A stretch of 64,000 nucleotides of DNA from Eledone cirrhosa (lineage: Eukaryota). Position 1 is the stretch's first letter. Every line of letters starts with the position of its first letter. Shown piece by piece: positions 36,898 through 59,364 of the stretch. The stretch spans positions 25,544,001 through 25,608,000 of the forward strand of contig OZ024758.1 in the NCBI GenBank assembly GCA_964016885.1. The letters run 5' to 3'. The translations under genes and the position numbers were made by a program. The notes below the pieces were generated by a model that worked only from the letters and a program-made list of their open reading frames with translations, ran no database searches and was not told the origin of the DNA.

Positions 36898-37600
36898 AAT
36901 TATTGTGTACAGTGCTCAGGTGCACTGCAATTCGTCAATGGTGCATGTATAGTACATAGAATAATACACAAATGTCAGGGAAGTGAATAGTGTATGAGTC
37001 ATGATATACATGTGTGTATGTGTATGGAGGGGGAACATTAGGTGTAGTGTTGGCGAATCTCGGGAAGCATGGAGTCCTTAAAGGATGCAGTGTCTCGACA
37101 GCTAACAACTGATGCAGGTAGTTTGTTCCATGGAGGTTTTAAAGGATGCAGTGTCTCGAAAGCTAACAACTGATGCAGGTAGTTTGTTCCATGGAGGCCT
37201 TAAAGGATGCAGTGTCTTGACAGCTAACAACTGATGTAGGCAGTTTGTTCCATGGAGGTTTTAAAGGATGCAGTGTGTCGAAAGCTAACAACTGATGCAG
37301 GTAGTTTGTTCCATGGAGGCCTTAAAGGATGCAGTGTCTTGACAGCTAACAACTGATGTAGGCAGTTTGTTCCATGGAGGTTTTAAAGGATGCAGTGTGT
37401 CGACAGCTAACAACTGATACAGGTAGTTTGTTCCATGGAGGTTTTAAAGGATGCAGTGTGTCGACAGCTAACAACCGATGCAGGTAGTTTGTTCCATGCT
37501 TCAGCAACTCTGAGCGTGAAAAAATGTTTCTGAAAGTCATGGGAACTGTACTGTTTTCTGACTTTGTGGGAACTGTACAGTTTTCTGACCTTGTGGACTT
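36855..37600 (-). mobile_element. CR1/L2-like LINE 3' end with internal 60-bp tandem array
   Basis: Minus frame FFTLRVAEAWNKLPASVVSCRHTASFKTSM (CR1/L2-type C-terminus); (ATT)n tail at 36855-36895. Confidence 0.75.
37068..37497. repeat. 60-bp minisatellite, about 7 copies
   Basis: Unit TTAAAGGATGCAGTGTCTCGACAGCTAACAACTGATGCAGGTAGTTTGTTCCATGGAGGT. Confidence 0.95.
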
Positions 37601-38321
37601 CGTAAGAGTCGCCAGCTACGTATTCACAATGATTCTTTATAAATAATGATATTTTAGGAGGAAGTTGTAGTTCACTTGAAGCATTGTGTATGGTATATAA
37701 AATATGAAGTTTGAAGGCCACAACTATGTGAAATGGACAAACAAGAAAATAAGACGAAACAAGATATTATGTGTTACCTTATTTCTTTATCTGTCCTAAA
37801 ATCTCTTCTTTGGAGGGAAATAACAAGGGACAAGTCCGGATTCAGTGAACAAGTTATGCCATGCTACTGGAAGTGGGGGAAATAGGTGAGGGAGGAGGGT
37901 AAGAGGGCATTGAGCTCTATCCCTTTTTTTGTTTTTGAATATATTATAGGTCTTGCAGAAAGAAGTTAAGAGGCTACATAATATTTTAACTTAATTACTT
38001 TTGCTTTAAAGAATGATGTGCTAATGTGTGGAGATGCTATAAAGTAGCTTATAAAATAGGGTTAGGGTTAGACAGAAAAAGAAGTTGTCATTGGCCACTA
38101 TATGCTATAAAGTAGCTTATAAAATAGGGTGAAGACCCTTAAAGGGCAGAAAAAAAAGTTACCATCGGCTGGTAGCAACTTTTTTCCATCTTTTAAGGGT
38201 CTCACCCTATTTTATAACATCTCCACACATGAGTACACCATTCTTTATATTAACTTTATCTTCTCAGCACTTTGTAAAAGTCCAAGAGACCAACTACATG
38301 TACACAATGTTTGTTTATCAA

Positions 38322-38715
38322 TAATTGTTTCTACTTTAGGCACAAGGCCAGCAATTACCCAGTGCATTACTGGTACTTTATTTTATCGACCCCGTAAGGA
38401 TGAAAGGCAAAGTCAACCTCGGCGCAATTTGAACTCAGATCGTAAAGGGACGTAACTATGCTGGAAAGCATGGCGGTCCGACCCTCTACCGGTACTGCCA
38501 ATCCACCGCCTAAATAATATTATATTAATGGATTGGCAGTATTGGTAGAGGGCCGGACGCCATGTTTTGCAGCATAGAGTTACGGCCCTTTATGGTCTGA
38601 GTTCAAATCCCGCCGAGGTTAACTTAGCCTTTCAATCCTTACGGGGTCGATAAAATGAAGTACCAGTAATACACTGGGATAATTGCTGGTCTTGTGCCAA
38701 ATGTTGAAACAATTA
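38322..38715. mobile_element. Head-to-head pair of SINE A copies
   Basis: 38322-38510 (-) and 38529-38715 (+), about 20-nt spacer. Confidence 0.88.
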
Positions 38716-38784
38716 TATTAGTGTAATTACTTTTCCTTTTATTTCTTTTTATTGTTTTATTTTCCTGTTTTATTTTCTATTTAG

Positions 38785-38921
38785 ATTGAAAAAGAAATGG
38801 ACTTGTCCTCAGAATGGAAGTCGCATTGACAATTGCTATTGTCACAAAAAAAACTTTAGTAAAGCAGGGTACACGAAATTTTCAAAAGTAAAAATTAATT
38901 TAAAAACATTAACTGTTGTTT
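38785..38921 (+). CDS. ADAMTS9: ADAMTS9/20-like exon, GON domain
   Basis: atttag|A...GTTT|gtaagt; 137 nt, phase 2-1; LKKKWTCPQNGSRIDNCYCHKKNFSKAGYTKFSKVKINLKTLTVV, GON motif CPxNGSRxxxCxC...AG. Confidence 0.93.
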
Positions 38922-39473
38922 GTAAGTATCATATTTCTATCTCTACCCCCCTTTCTCTGCCCCCCTTTCTACCCCCTCTCCGCCCACCCACTCCTCTTCG
39001 ACCCTCTCTCTCTCTCTCTCTCTCTCTCTACCCCCCCTTTCTTTCCCCATATCTCCCCCTCCCTCACCTCTCCCCATCTCCCTCTTTTGTATATATATAT
39101 ATATACATACATGTATATGTATGTATATATGTATATATATGTATATATGAGCTTAAACTTTGATATACGCGGATTTGCGTCCTTGTATATTATCAGGCAG
39201 TATGCTAACACAGACATACTTTTTTCCTTTCCCTAGCATACTATATATGTATGTATGTATATATATATATATATGTATATCCCACCCTTGCAAGCAGGGA
39301 AAAGCGGACGCAAAATGATGATGATGATGTATGTATGTATGTACATATATGTATATGTATATATATATGTATACATATATGTATACATATATGTACATAC
39401 ATCATCATCATCATCATTTTACGTCCGCTTTTCCCTTCTTGCAAGGGTGGGATATACATATATATATACATAC

Positions 39474-39506
<33 letters not shown>

Positions 39507-39536
39507 TGTATGTATGATGTATATATATATACATTC

Positions 39537-39569
<33 letters not shown>

Positions 39570-39709
39570 TGATGTATATATATATACATTCATATATGTA
39601 TGTATATATGTATGTATGTAGCGCATCGGTAGGGGTTCTCCTACATGGATATAAAGTAGTGGCCGTACTCGAAAACGAGTTGGCAGCCACCATGTATATA
39701 TATATAGAG

Positions 39710-40260
39710 ATAGGTGACCCAATTAGCACCTTCCCTCTTGTATATGTATATGTGACCTAATTAGCAGTGCAGGGGGGGGGGGGTAAACTGAAACCATAGT
39801 AACTAGAATAAGAACAGGATGGAAAAAGTTCCAGGAACTACTACCTCTGCTGATAACCCCCAAAAAAGTTCTTTCTAAGAAAGAAAGACCAGCTGTATGA
39901 TGGCTGCATGCAAAGTGTGATGTATGGAAGTGAAACATCGACAGTTAACCCTTTAGCATTTAAACTGGCCATATCCAGCCCAGCCCAGCCATTCTCTCAC
40001 CTTTTTCTGTTCAAACCGGGTGTAACTGGCCACTCATAGTGATGCTAAGGTATTGTTCTTAAAATAAATAATATCAAAATCTCATAGAATCGATACTATG
40101 TGAGATAATTATGTCGGGTAAGGCCTTTACCATGAAAACACGGTAGTATATATAGAGTAATGTGAATGGTAAAGGGTTAATGAAGAGGGTATGCAAAGTC
40201 TGGAGAGAAATGTAGTGAGCAAGCTTCAGTGGATGTGAAATGAGATTGCGAATGGTTGCT
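39710..40260 (+). mobile_element. Decayed RTE fragment interrupted by a piggyBac-type MITE (39946-40179)
   Basis: RIRTGWKKFQELLPLL...YGSETSTV|N EEGMQSLERN reading resumes across TTAA-flanked MITE. Confidence 0.75.
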
Positions 40261-40514
40261 ACCCCAAAGCACTTAACTCTCATAAGGCTCCATCTTGGTT
40301 AACTCTAGATAAACTGTTGTTGTTGTTTAGCCCAAGATCAGACCTGAGACATGCCAACCTCTCCTATGTGTTCGATAGAACGTCGTGAAACCATATCTAA
40401 GCGAGATGCAGAACCTCTCTCTCTGTCTGGAAGGTCAGTAGAGCAGGCTACAGTACTGACTTGCTCTATGTAGTTCCATCCAACCTTTGCTAGCAGGGAA
40501 AGCGGACGTTAAAC

Positions 40515-40990
40515 GATGATGACAATGATGATGGTGATAGTAGTGGCGGTGATGGTGATGACGATGGTGGTGGTGGTGGTAGTGATAATGGTGGTGATGG
40601 CAATGGTGTTGATTATGATGGGGGTGAGGTGATTGTGGTGGTGGTGGTGGTGATGGCAGTGATTGTGGTAATGGTAGTGATAATGATGGTGATGGTGGTG
40701 ATGGTGTTGATTATGATGGGGGTGGCAGTGATTGTGGTGATGGTGATGGTGATGGTGGTGGTGGTGGTGGTGATGGTGATGGTTGTGGTGGTGGTGATGG
40801 CAGTGATTGTGATGATGGTGGTGGTGGTGGTGATGGCAGTGATTGTGATGATGATGATGGTGATGGTGGTGGTGGTGATGGCAGTGATTGTGATGATGGT
40901 GGTGGTGGTGGTGGCGGCAGTGATTGTGGTGATGATGGTGGTGGTGGTGATTGTGGTGGTGTTTGTGGTAATGTTGGTGGTGGTGATGTC
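40515..40990. repeat. (GGT/GAT)n trinucleotide low-complexity tract
   Basis: Direct inspection. Confidence 0.92.
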
Positions 40991-41109
40991 ATGAATATTT
41001 AAATATTACATCATCTGTGTCTCAGATCATATGCTCTACAGTTTAACAATTAGTCATATTAAATTAAGTCACAGGACAACCATGGTTAAGTATAATAGTT
41101 AAACATCCG

Positions 41110-41520
41110 TGTGGGAGAGTGTGTATGTGTGTGTGTATGTTTGTATGAGTGTGTGTGTGTATGCATATGTATGTATGTATGTATATGTGTGTGTATGTAT
41201 GTTTGTGTGCTTTTGTGTATGTGTGTGTGTGTGTGAACAAAATGACACACTCAGACGTATACACACACGTGTATACACACTCACACGTATACACACACAC
41301 ATGTATACACTCACACGTATACACACACACACACGTATATACATACACACGTATATACACACACACACATATATACACACACGTATATACATACACACGT
41401 ATATACACACACGTATATACACACACACGTATATACACACACACACGTATATACACACACACACATATATACACACACACGTACACACACACATACACAC
41501 ATATACATATGTATACATAT
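41110..41520. repeat. TG/CA compound microsatellite
   Basis: Direct inspection. Confidence 0.9.
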
Positions 41521-41587
41521 AACTAAAAGAAAACATGTAGACATGGCACATATTTTTATGGATGTTTTTGTATGATTTTATTATTTA

Positions 41588-41950
41588 GGGCAGTGGTTTG
41601 GTAATATAGCTTTGTATGGTGCCTGATGGTCTGAGTTCAAATCCCACCAAGGTTAACTTTGCCTTTCATCCTTACGGGGTCGATAAAATAAAGTACCAGT
41701 AATGCACTGGGGTTGATTTAAACAACTTTTCCCTCCCCCCAAATTGTTGACCTTGTGCCTATATTGGATTGGCAATATTGGTAGAGGGTCGGACGCCATG
41801 CTTTCCAGCCTAGTTACATCCTTTTACGATCTGAGTTCAAATCGCGCCGAGGTTGACTTTGCCTTTCATCCTTACGGGGTCGATAAAATAAAGTACCAGT
41901 AATACATTAGGATAATTGCTGGCCTTGTGCCTAAAGTAGAAACAATTATT
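41588..41950 (+). mobile_element. Two tandem SINE A copies
   Basis: 41588-41760 and 41765-41950. Confidence 0.8.
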
Positions 41951-41987
41951 TATGAAAAACTTATTTTGAAGGAAGATATTTAATGTA

Positions 41988-42382
<395 letters not shown>

Positions 42383-42448
42383 TTTTAAACAGTAAATATA
42401 AATATTTCATTAATAAAAATGGTCCAATGCTTTCCTTTTTTTCATCAG

Positions 42449-42540
42449 TAAATGACTTCACTTTTGCAACCACCCGAAATGGAAAAAATGTCCCATTTGG
42501 TACAAGTGGAGATTGTTATAGTTCTTTGAATTGCCCTCAA
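42449..42540 (+). CDS. ADAMTS9: ADAMTS9/20-like exon, GON domain (last visible exon; CDS incomplete)
   Basis: catcag|TA...CAA|gtaagt; 92 nt, phase 1-0; (L)NDFTFATTRNGKNVPFGTSGDCYSSLNCPQ, matches the GON motif VPFxTxGDCYSxxxCPQ. Confidence 0.93.
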
Positions 42541-42859
42541 GTAAGTCCACAAGTTTCTTACAAGGTTTTTCATTTTTGTTTTTGTTTGTTTTCATTTAAG
42601 ATTAGATTTTAAAACAATACTCTAACTTGAATCCTTTTGATACCAACCAGCTCGAAACTACCTCAGTTTCTACAAAACAAGACCACCCATTTTAAAGAAC
42701 TCACGTTTACTGATTATACACGGATATAAGCCCAGGAATATGTGACCAAAATGGGGAGGTAGGGTCGGTTTCTATATACCATCTAAACAATGTGTTGATT
42801 AGCTGCCTCAGCTTATAAACGGGGTTTGGTTCATTGCCCATTTCTCAGACATAAAATAG

Positions 42860-42987
42860 ATTTTGATATTATCTATTTTGAGAACAATACCTTAACATCA
42901 GTATGAGCAGCCAGTTATAGCTGGTTTGAACAAAAAGAGGTGAGAGAATTCTGGCCAGATATGGCCAGATTAAATGCTAAAGGGTTA
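42860..42987. mobile_element. Partial piggyBac-type MITE
   Basis: Right end TAAATGCTAAAGGGTTAA and internal similarity to other copies. Confidence 0.7.
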
Positions 42988-43404
42988 AAAGTTCTTCAGA
43001 ATATAAGGAACTCTCAGAGAAAAATTTCGACGGACAAAAGGGGGCGTTTAGCCTAAATGGGTTGAGAACCTGTGGTTTAGATCATCAGAGAGCATTTTCC
43101 TTTCCTAGGACAAAAATTCCCAGGAACGGCAAAATATATTGCCATCTGCCAGCTAGCACAGGATCGAATGGGGCCGAAAATTTGACCTATGCATGAACCA
43201 GCCCATAGTAGAAGCAGAAGTAAACATAGATACATTGTCTACCTCGCCACTAAAAATAGCAGCTAAATAGAACAACAGATTTGTTCTCTACATAACGGAG
43301 AATATTAAAAGAAGTTAATATCCCCACAGGTACTAAGTACCCCTGGAAATATATATATATATATATAATATCAATGATATTAAATAAATGGAAACTATAT
43401 TTAT

Positions 43405-43657
43405 AAAACCATATTTATTCTATTATATATATTTCAAGGGTACCAAAACTTTGGTACGCTTTCATCAGATAAAATACAAAGTTTGTTTTATAAATTTTGA
43501 CATAACCAAGAAAAAATACCTTAACAGTTCAAGTTTTCCTTGGATAGTTTTTCTTGGTTATGTCAAAATTTATAAAACAAACTTTGTATTTTATCTGATG
43601 AAAGCGTACCAAAGTTTTGGTACCCTTGAAATACATATAATAGAATAAATATGGTTT
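43405..43657. repeat. Near-perfect inverted repeat (about 110-bp arms); probable Penelope-like element terminus
   Basis: Arms 43405-43514 / 43548-43657; homologous to 24081-24380. Confidence 0.9.
43587..43647 (+). ncRNA. Minimal type-I hammerhead ribozyme motif (mirror copy on - strand 43416-43476)
   Basis: TATTTTAT-CTGATGA-AAGc GTACCAAA gt TTTGGTAC cCTT-GAAA-TACATA-TA-ATAGAATA. Confidence 0.72.
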
Positions 43658-43671
43658 CCATTTATTTAATA

Positions 43672-44098
43672 CTAGCAGTAAAGCCCGGCATTGCTCGGGG
43701 TCGCTCAGTAGCTGTGTTAAAGTTACAATGTTAAGTTTCTTTCTTGGCTTAAAAACTGTAGTGTCTACTGTGCAGACTTGCATGTGGTGTTTTTGATTAA
43801 TATTCCCTCAACCAACAATATGCCTTATGAAGTTAAGAAAACATAACGATAACCCGAATGTTATAACAAAAGAGGATGCTGGGGATAGAAACTGCACTGG
43901 TTATTTATTAACAAAGATCGAAAATGTAAACACTGCAACGCAGAGAAAAACATTAACGTAACCAAATTATCAGTTATGTCTGTCTGCACGCCTATATCAC
44001 CTCTCTGCACGACTGTCTGTCTGCACGCCTATATCACCTCTCTGCACGACTGTCTGTCTGCACGCCTATATCACCTCTCTGCACGACTGTCTGTCTGC
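43672..44098 (-). mobile_element. Helitron-like 3' end running into the gap
   Basis: Minus strand CCCGAGCAATGCCGGG hairpin a few nt before terminal CTAG|T; internal 37-bp tandem repeat 43977-44098. Confidence 0.55.
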
Positions 44099-44298
44099 NN
44101 NNNNNNNNNNNNNNNNNNNNNNNNNNNNNNNNNNNNNNNNNNNNNNNNNNNNNNNNNNNNNNNNNNNNNNNNNNNNNNNNNNNNNNNNNNNNNNNNNNNN
44201 NNNNNNNNNNNNNNNNNNNNNNNNNNNNNNNNNNNNNNNNNNNNNNNNNNNNNNNNNNNNNNNNNNNNNNNNNNNNNNNNNNNNNNNNNNNNNNNNNN
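44099..44298. other. Assembly gap (200 N)
   Basis: Run of N. Confidence 1.
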
Positions 44299-44312
44299 AA
44301 TACGGTGAAAGC

Positions 44313-54808
<10,496 letters not shown>

Positions 54809-55152
54809 ACACCTATATCTAGCAGTTCTTTTCTCACTCACACTCGCTGGGATCAGACGTGTCTTTTCGCTCGTCCGCACAATCTAGAACTTATGTTCAG
54901 TAAATGTCGTGGACTTGAATTTTCTCTCTCTTCCAGTTGCTCCACACTCTTCGGTTTGTTGTTTCCCGTTTTTATTCGCTGTTTTTCTCTTTTTTCCCCT
55001 TTCTGTTATCCTATATTTTTTCCCCTCCCTCCTTTGTTTTCCCAATAACCTACATAGTTATTGAAGGCACTTGGGGTAGATATCTTGTCTTTAATGCGCA
55101 GAAATATCCGCGACCCCCAGCAAACAACTGATGAGGAAAACATCAAGGAAAA

Positions 55153-55230
55153 AATTAATTCATTTACCAGTGGTTTCTTGAAGACAGATAAATATCTGTC
55201 TTCAAGAAACCACTGCTAAATGAATTAATT
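55153..55230. repeat. Palindrome with 38-bp arms
   Basis: AATTAATTCATTTACCAGTGGTTTCTTGAAGACAGATA aa TATCTGTCTTCAAGAAACCACTGCTAAATGAATTAATT. Confidence 0.9.
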
Positions 55231-55313
55231 ATCTTATGTTGTTTATTATGTAACTAAAAAGCTCTGTAGCCTACATAGAGCACTCTTTTCCTTTACCTTT
55301 CCTACGGAAATAC

Positions 55314-55354
<41 letters not shown>

Positions 55355-55739
55355 GAATTTATCGTTCTCCTTAATAAAATCCGTAGCATTCAGCATTGCT
55401 ACTGATAGACTGATAAATGCACTGCTGCTGCTGCTTGCTGCTATAAAGATTTTACTTATATTTTGTAGAAAAAAAAATTGTTTTTATCTATTGTGCATAT
55501 TTGGGCGTCACATCTGTAAAATAGATAACGAGAAAAAAACTAAGTTGGTAATTAGCTGAGATTTGTAAGAGTCTCTCTCTCTCTTACGGTGACTGGACTG
55601 ACCCATCTTCAATGTAAGAAAAACATGGGTTGAAGAAAGAAGGACTATCTAAGTATTTTATAAACACAAGTACGCACACACTGTCTCTCCGTCTGTCTCT
55701 TTCTGTCTCTTTCTGGTACTCATAACGCTTGGCCAATTG

Positions 55740-55920
55740 TGGGTTGATGAGGCTATTTAACCCATAGTTGGGTAAATTTATTTCTACGGCTGAGTGAACT
55801 GGAGCAACATGAAATAAAGTATTTTGATCAAGAACATAACGCAAAGCGCGGTCCGAGAATCGAACTCACAAACTCAGGATTGTAAGCCCGGCGCTCTAAC
55901 CACTAAGCCATGCGCCTTCA
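55740..55920 (-). mobile_element. tRNA-derived SINE
   Basis: Minus head GGCGCATGGCTTAGTGGTTAGAGC...GAGTTCGATTCT. Confidence 0.75.
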
Positions 55921-56436
55921 CTCTCAACTTACAAAGAGGCATATACAAAAGACCAGAAACCTAACTAGAAACTTATATTAACAACTGCTGTCACCTGTAG
56001 TCTTTAAAATCCCTAATTAGTAATATTGAACAAAGGGATCTTCAAGCAAGCAGCACCTTATTATATTCTTGAGCAAACAACGAGTTCAAAGATTCAATTA
56101 TTTAACACCTCCAACACATCATTATCTCATAAGAATAGATCACACAACCTTATATAATTGGCGTTCCTTTTTTTCTTTAAACGCCTCAGGTAATATCGCC
56201 AAAATAATTGATAAACACTCCCACCGCCAGTCTCCACTAAAGGAAACTCTGCAGCACGAACTGCTTATAAATGTACTACAACTGTATTTCCAGCACAGAA
56301 TTATGACGTATAAGCCAAAGACATAAAAGGAAGCAAGCTACAGTAACACCAATGAATGCTCCCTTAATCACTCGTGAAATGCGGAAGTGATAATAAATGA
56401 AGCAAACCCTAACTGAACGATAGAACGTAAACTCTC

Positions 56437-57012
56437 TGTGGTGTGTGTGGTGTGGTGTGTGGTGTATGTGTGGTGTGTGGTGTATGTGTGGTGTGTGTGT
56501 GGTGTGTGTGGTGTATGGTGTGTGTGTGGTGTGTGTGGTGTGTGTGTGGTGTGTGGTGTGTGGTGTGTGGTGTGTGGTGTGTGTGTGGTGTGTGTGGTGT
56601 GTGTGTGGTGTGTGGTGTGTGGGGTGTGTGGTGTGTGTGGTGTGTGTGGTGTGTGTGGTGTGTGTGGTGTGTGTGGTGTGTGTGGTGTGTGTGGTGTGTG
56701 GTGTGTGGTGTGTGTGGTGTGTGTGGTGTGTGGTGTGTGTGGTGTGTGGTGTGTGTGGTGTGTGTGGTGTGTGTGGTGTGTGTGGTGTGTGTGGTGTGTG
56801 TGGTGTGTGTGGTGTGTGGTGTGTGGTGTGTGTGGTGTGTGTGGTGTGTGGTGTGTGTGGTGTGTGTGGTGTGTGGTGTGTGTGGTGTGTGGTGTGTGTG
56901 GTGTGTGGTGTGTGGTGTGTGGTGTGTGGTGTGGTGTGTGGTGTGTGGTGTGTGTGGTGTGTGTGTGGTGTGTGGTGTGGTGTGGGGTGTGTGGTGTGTG
57001 TGTGGTGTGTGT
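56437..57012. repeat. (GTGTG/GTGTGTG)n microsatellite
   Basis: Direct inspection. Confidence 0.97.
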
Positions 57013-57187
57013 GTATCAAGATGGATACAGTAAGAAACTGGTTGACCATTACTCACCAGAGTATTCAATACTTGGGGTATTAGAGTGTGATTATATGGCG
57101 TTTTAACAGCTAGTTCCAGGGCTCAGCCGTCGGGGTACAGACAGACAGACACACAGACAGACACACAGACACACAGACACACACACA

Positions 57188-57232
<45 letters not shown>

Positions 57233-57324
57233 CTCAAAATGACAAACCAGCAAACGCAGGAGTCAATGGTACATAGTGTTATTAGCCTCACGCTTGGTGA
57301 GAATGGAGGGGGGGGGGGGGGTAT

Positions 57325-57360
57325 TTACGACGTTTCAGACACACGACCTTCATCAGGAGA
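57325..57360 (-). ncRNA. Minimal hammerhead-like core (stem I degenerate)
   Basis: Minus strand CTGATGA-AGGtcgtgtgTCT-GAAA-CG-TC. Confidence 0.45.
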
Positions 57361-57739
57361 GTGGGGAAAGGAACTCCGAAAGGAGGAGTTAGCAGAAAAA
57401 AACATGAAAGGACGGGAAAATAGAAATAAAAATAAAACATGAAATCAAAATAGAAACAGAATTTAAAAAAAGAAAAAACAGAATATTAACAAATGAGAGG
57501 GGTGTATGGGTCCAGGAAGGCAATATATATATATTGACCCTGGTCTATATGTACAAATAACTAATTCATTCGTCGGTTGGTTTAGCAATCGGATGGTTAT
57601 ATAATTGTCCATGCTGTTCCGTCACATTCTGTGACCTGCTCAATGGCTGAAAACCACTACGTTGTTTTTGTCCTTGTATTTCCTCCTTCTGGCCAATAAA
57701 ATAAATTATTAGTATTAGTAGTAGTAGTAGTAATAGTAT

Positions 57740-57950
57740 TGGCGGGGGATAGGCAAAATAGTTAGAGGATCGGACAAAACGTTTTACGACACTTGGTTAC
57801 GACCCTTTACGTTGAGTTCAAATCCTGCCGAGGTTAGCTTTGCCTTTCATGTTTACGGGGTCGATAAAATAAAGCACCAGTGCCACACTGGGATCAATTT
57901 AATCGACCTCCACCCGTTTCAAGTTGCTGCCATTGTGCCATAAGTAAAAA
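57740..57950 (+). mobile_element. Diverged SINE A
   Basis: GAGTTCAAATCC...GCCTTTCATGTTTACGGGGTCGATAAAATAAAGCACCAGT. Confidence 0.7.
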
Positions 57951-59364
57951 TAAATTATTTGCATTTTGTACTGCACTGTATGGGTAACAGGTCGTCTTTT
58001 TGTTGTTCTACGGGAAAGAGATGCTAGCCCTTCAATTCAACCTTACTGTTTCTAGAGAAAGGGATGCTGCGGGTGGTCAAAACACGACCCTTATCACGGC
58101 GCCGCGTAGTTATGAAGAAAAGGACCCAGTACTTGACTAGTACTATATTTATCGGCCCAAGAAGGATGGAAAGCAACGTTGGGCGTCTTAGCCTAACCAA
58201 CTTAACTTGGCTGAATACGCTTCGCTATGGAGGTCTAATAAGATCAAAACGTACGTTGCTTTCACCACTTCTTTTGCATTGTCTAAAATTTAAAAGAAAA
58301 AACAAAAAAGACTTGGCTCATCTCAGACTAACAGTTCACTTCCTTGCTTCTCATTGCCTGAACACCCCTAAGGGGAATTTGCGACTTTATATTACAAGAA
58401 TAGTCTCAGTTGGTAAAAGTGTTTTCCCCCGCACTGCGAGACCGCATTTGTATATATTAGACATACCACGCAGACTGTCCTCTTCAGAAAGATTTTCGCG
58501 TCTACCTTTTGTTCACACACACACACACACACACACACGCGCGCGCCCTTTTATGTCCTGTGTGTGTATGTATAAGCATGTTTATATATCCATACCATAT
58601 ATGATTTGTCTTTATTTCTACACGCGTATAAGAACTAGGTTTTAGTATCAACATTCATTTAGAAGCCATTACTGCCTCTTCTTTACCATTACTACTGAAT
58701 AACTTTCTCTCGTGAGACACCATTTAAGAAGAAAACAGTTGAACCTTATAATCATATATTTTATAGACTGTTTACATAGCTGCAACAGTCGCCACCAGGA
58801 ACAGGCGACTCACAAATTTATCTTTTGTATTTTTTTACCTCCTATAAAGAAAGCCGTTCCTTTTCTTCTGGTGGTGACTTTAAAAACTTCACAGCTGCTT
58901 AGTTCATGCAATTGCTTCTTCATTGAAAATAGCGAATACAAAGTTTATTTTGCCATCATCCTTCCGTAACGAATCCGACTGGTGAGATATATTCGAATAT
59001 AAGTCTATCATCATCATCATCATCGGCAACAGCCTCGTCGTCATCATCATCATCACCATTTAACGTCTGTTTCCCCTGCAAGCAAGGGTTGAACGGATCG
59101 TTACAGACCGAGTCAATCGGTGCTCAAGTGAAGTTAGTGAGTGACCTCACAGATGAACCGGAGGCCTGCATCTCACGTTCCCACACTCTACCGACTGCTC
59201 AGAATCTCCCTTACGAACATTTCCTCGCTCTCCCGAATGCATTTTATCGTGGCATCAGTTCAGCACTAGGGAGGTTTGTCACGTCTTTAACGAATACAGT
59301 TTCATCGTTCTATGTTCTCAGTACAAATCTCACTGGAGTTTACTTTGCTTTTTGTGTGTAGCGA

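Noticed and set aside
38055-38072. TAGGGTTAGGGTTAG telomere-like repeat
   Set aside because: Only about two units, inside a fold-back element arm.
40629-40994. Val/Met-rich and Pro/Ser-rich ORFs
   Set aside because: Trinucleotide low-complexity tract grown from a retroelement tail.
54937-55131. Candidate next exon after a polypyrimidine tract and CAG at 54936
   Set aside because: Translation has no GON-domain similarity in the required phase.
58064-58645. 193-aa ORF
   Set aside because: No recognisable domain; includes SINE-like and (CA)n sequence; no supporting splice structure.
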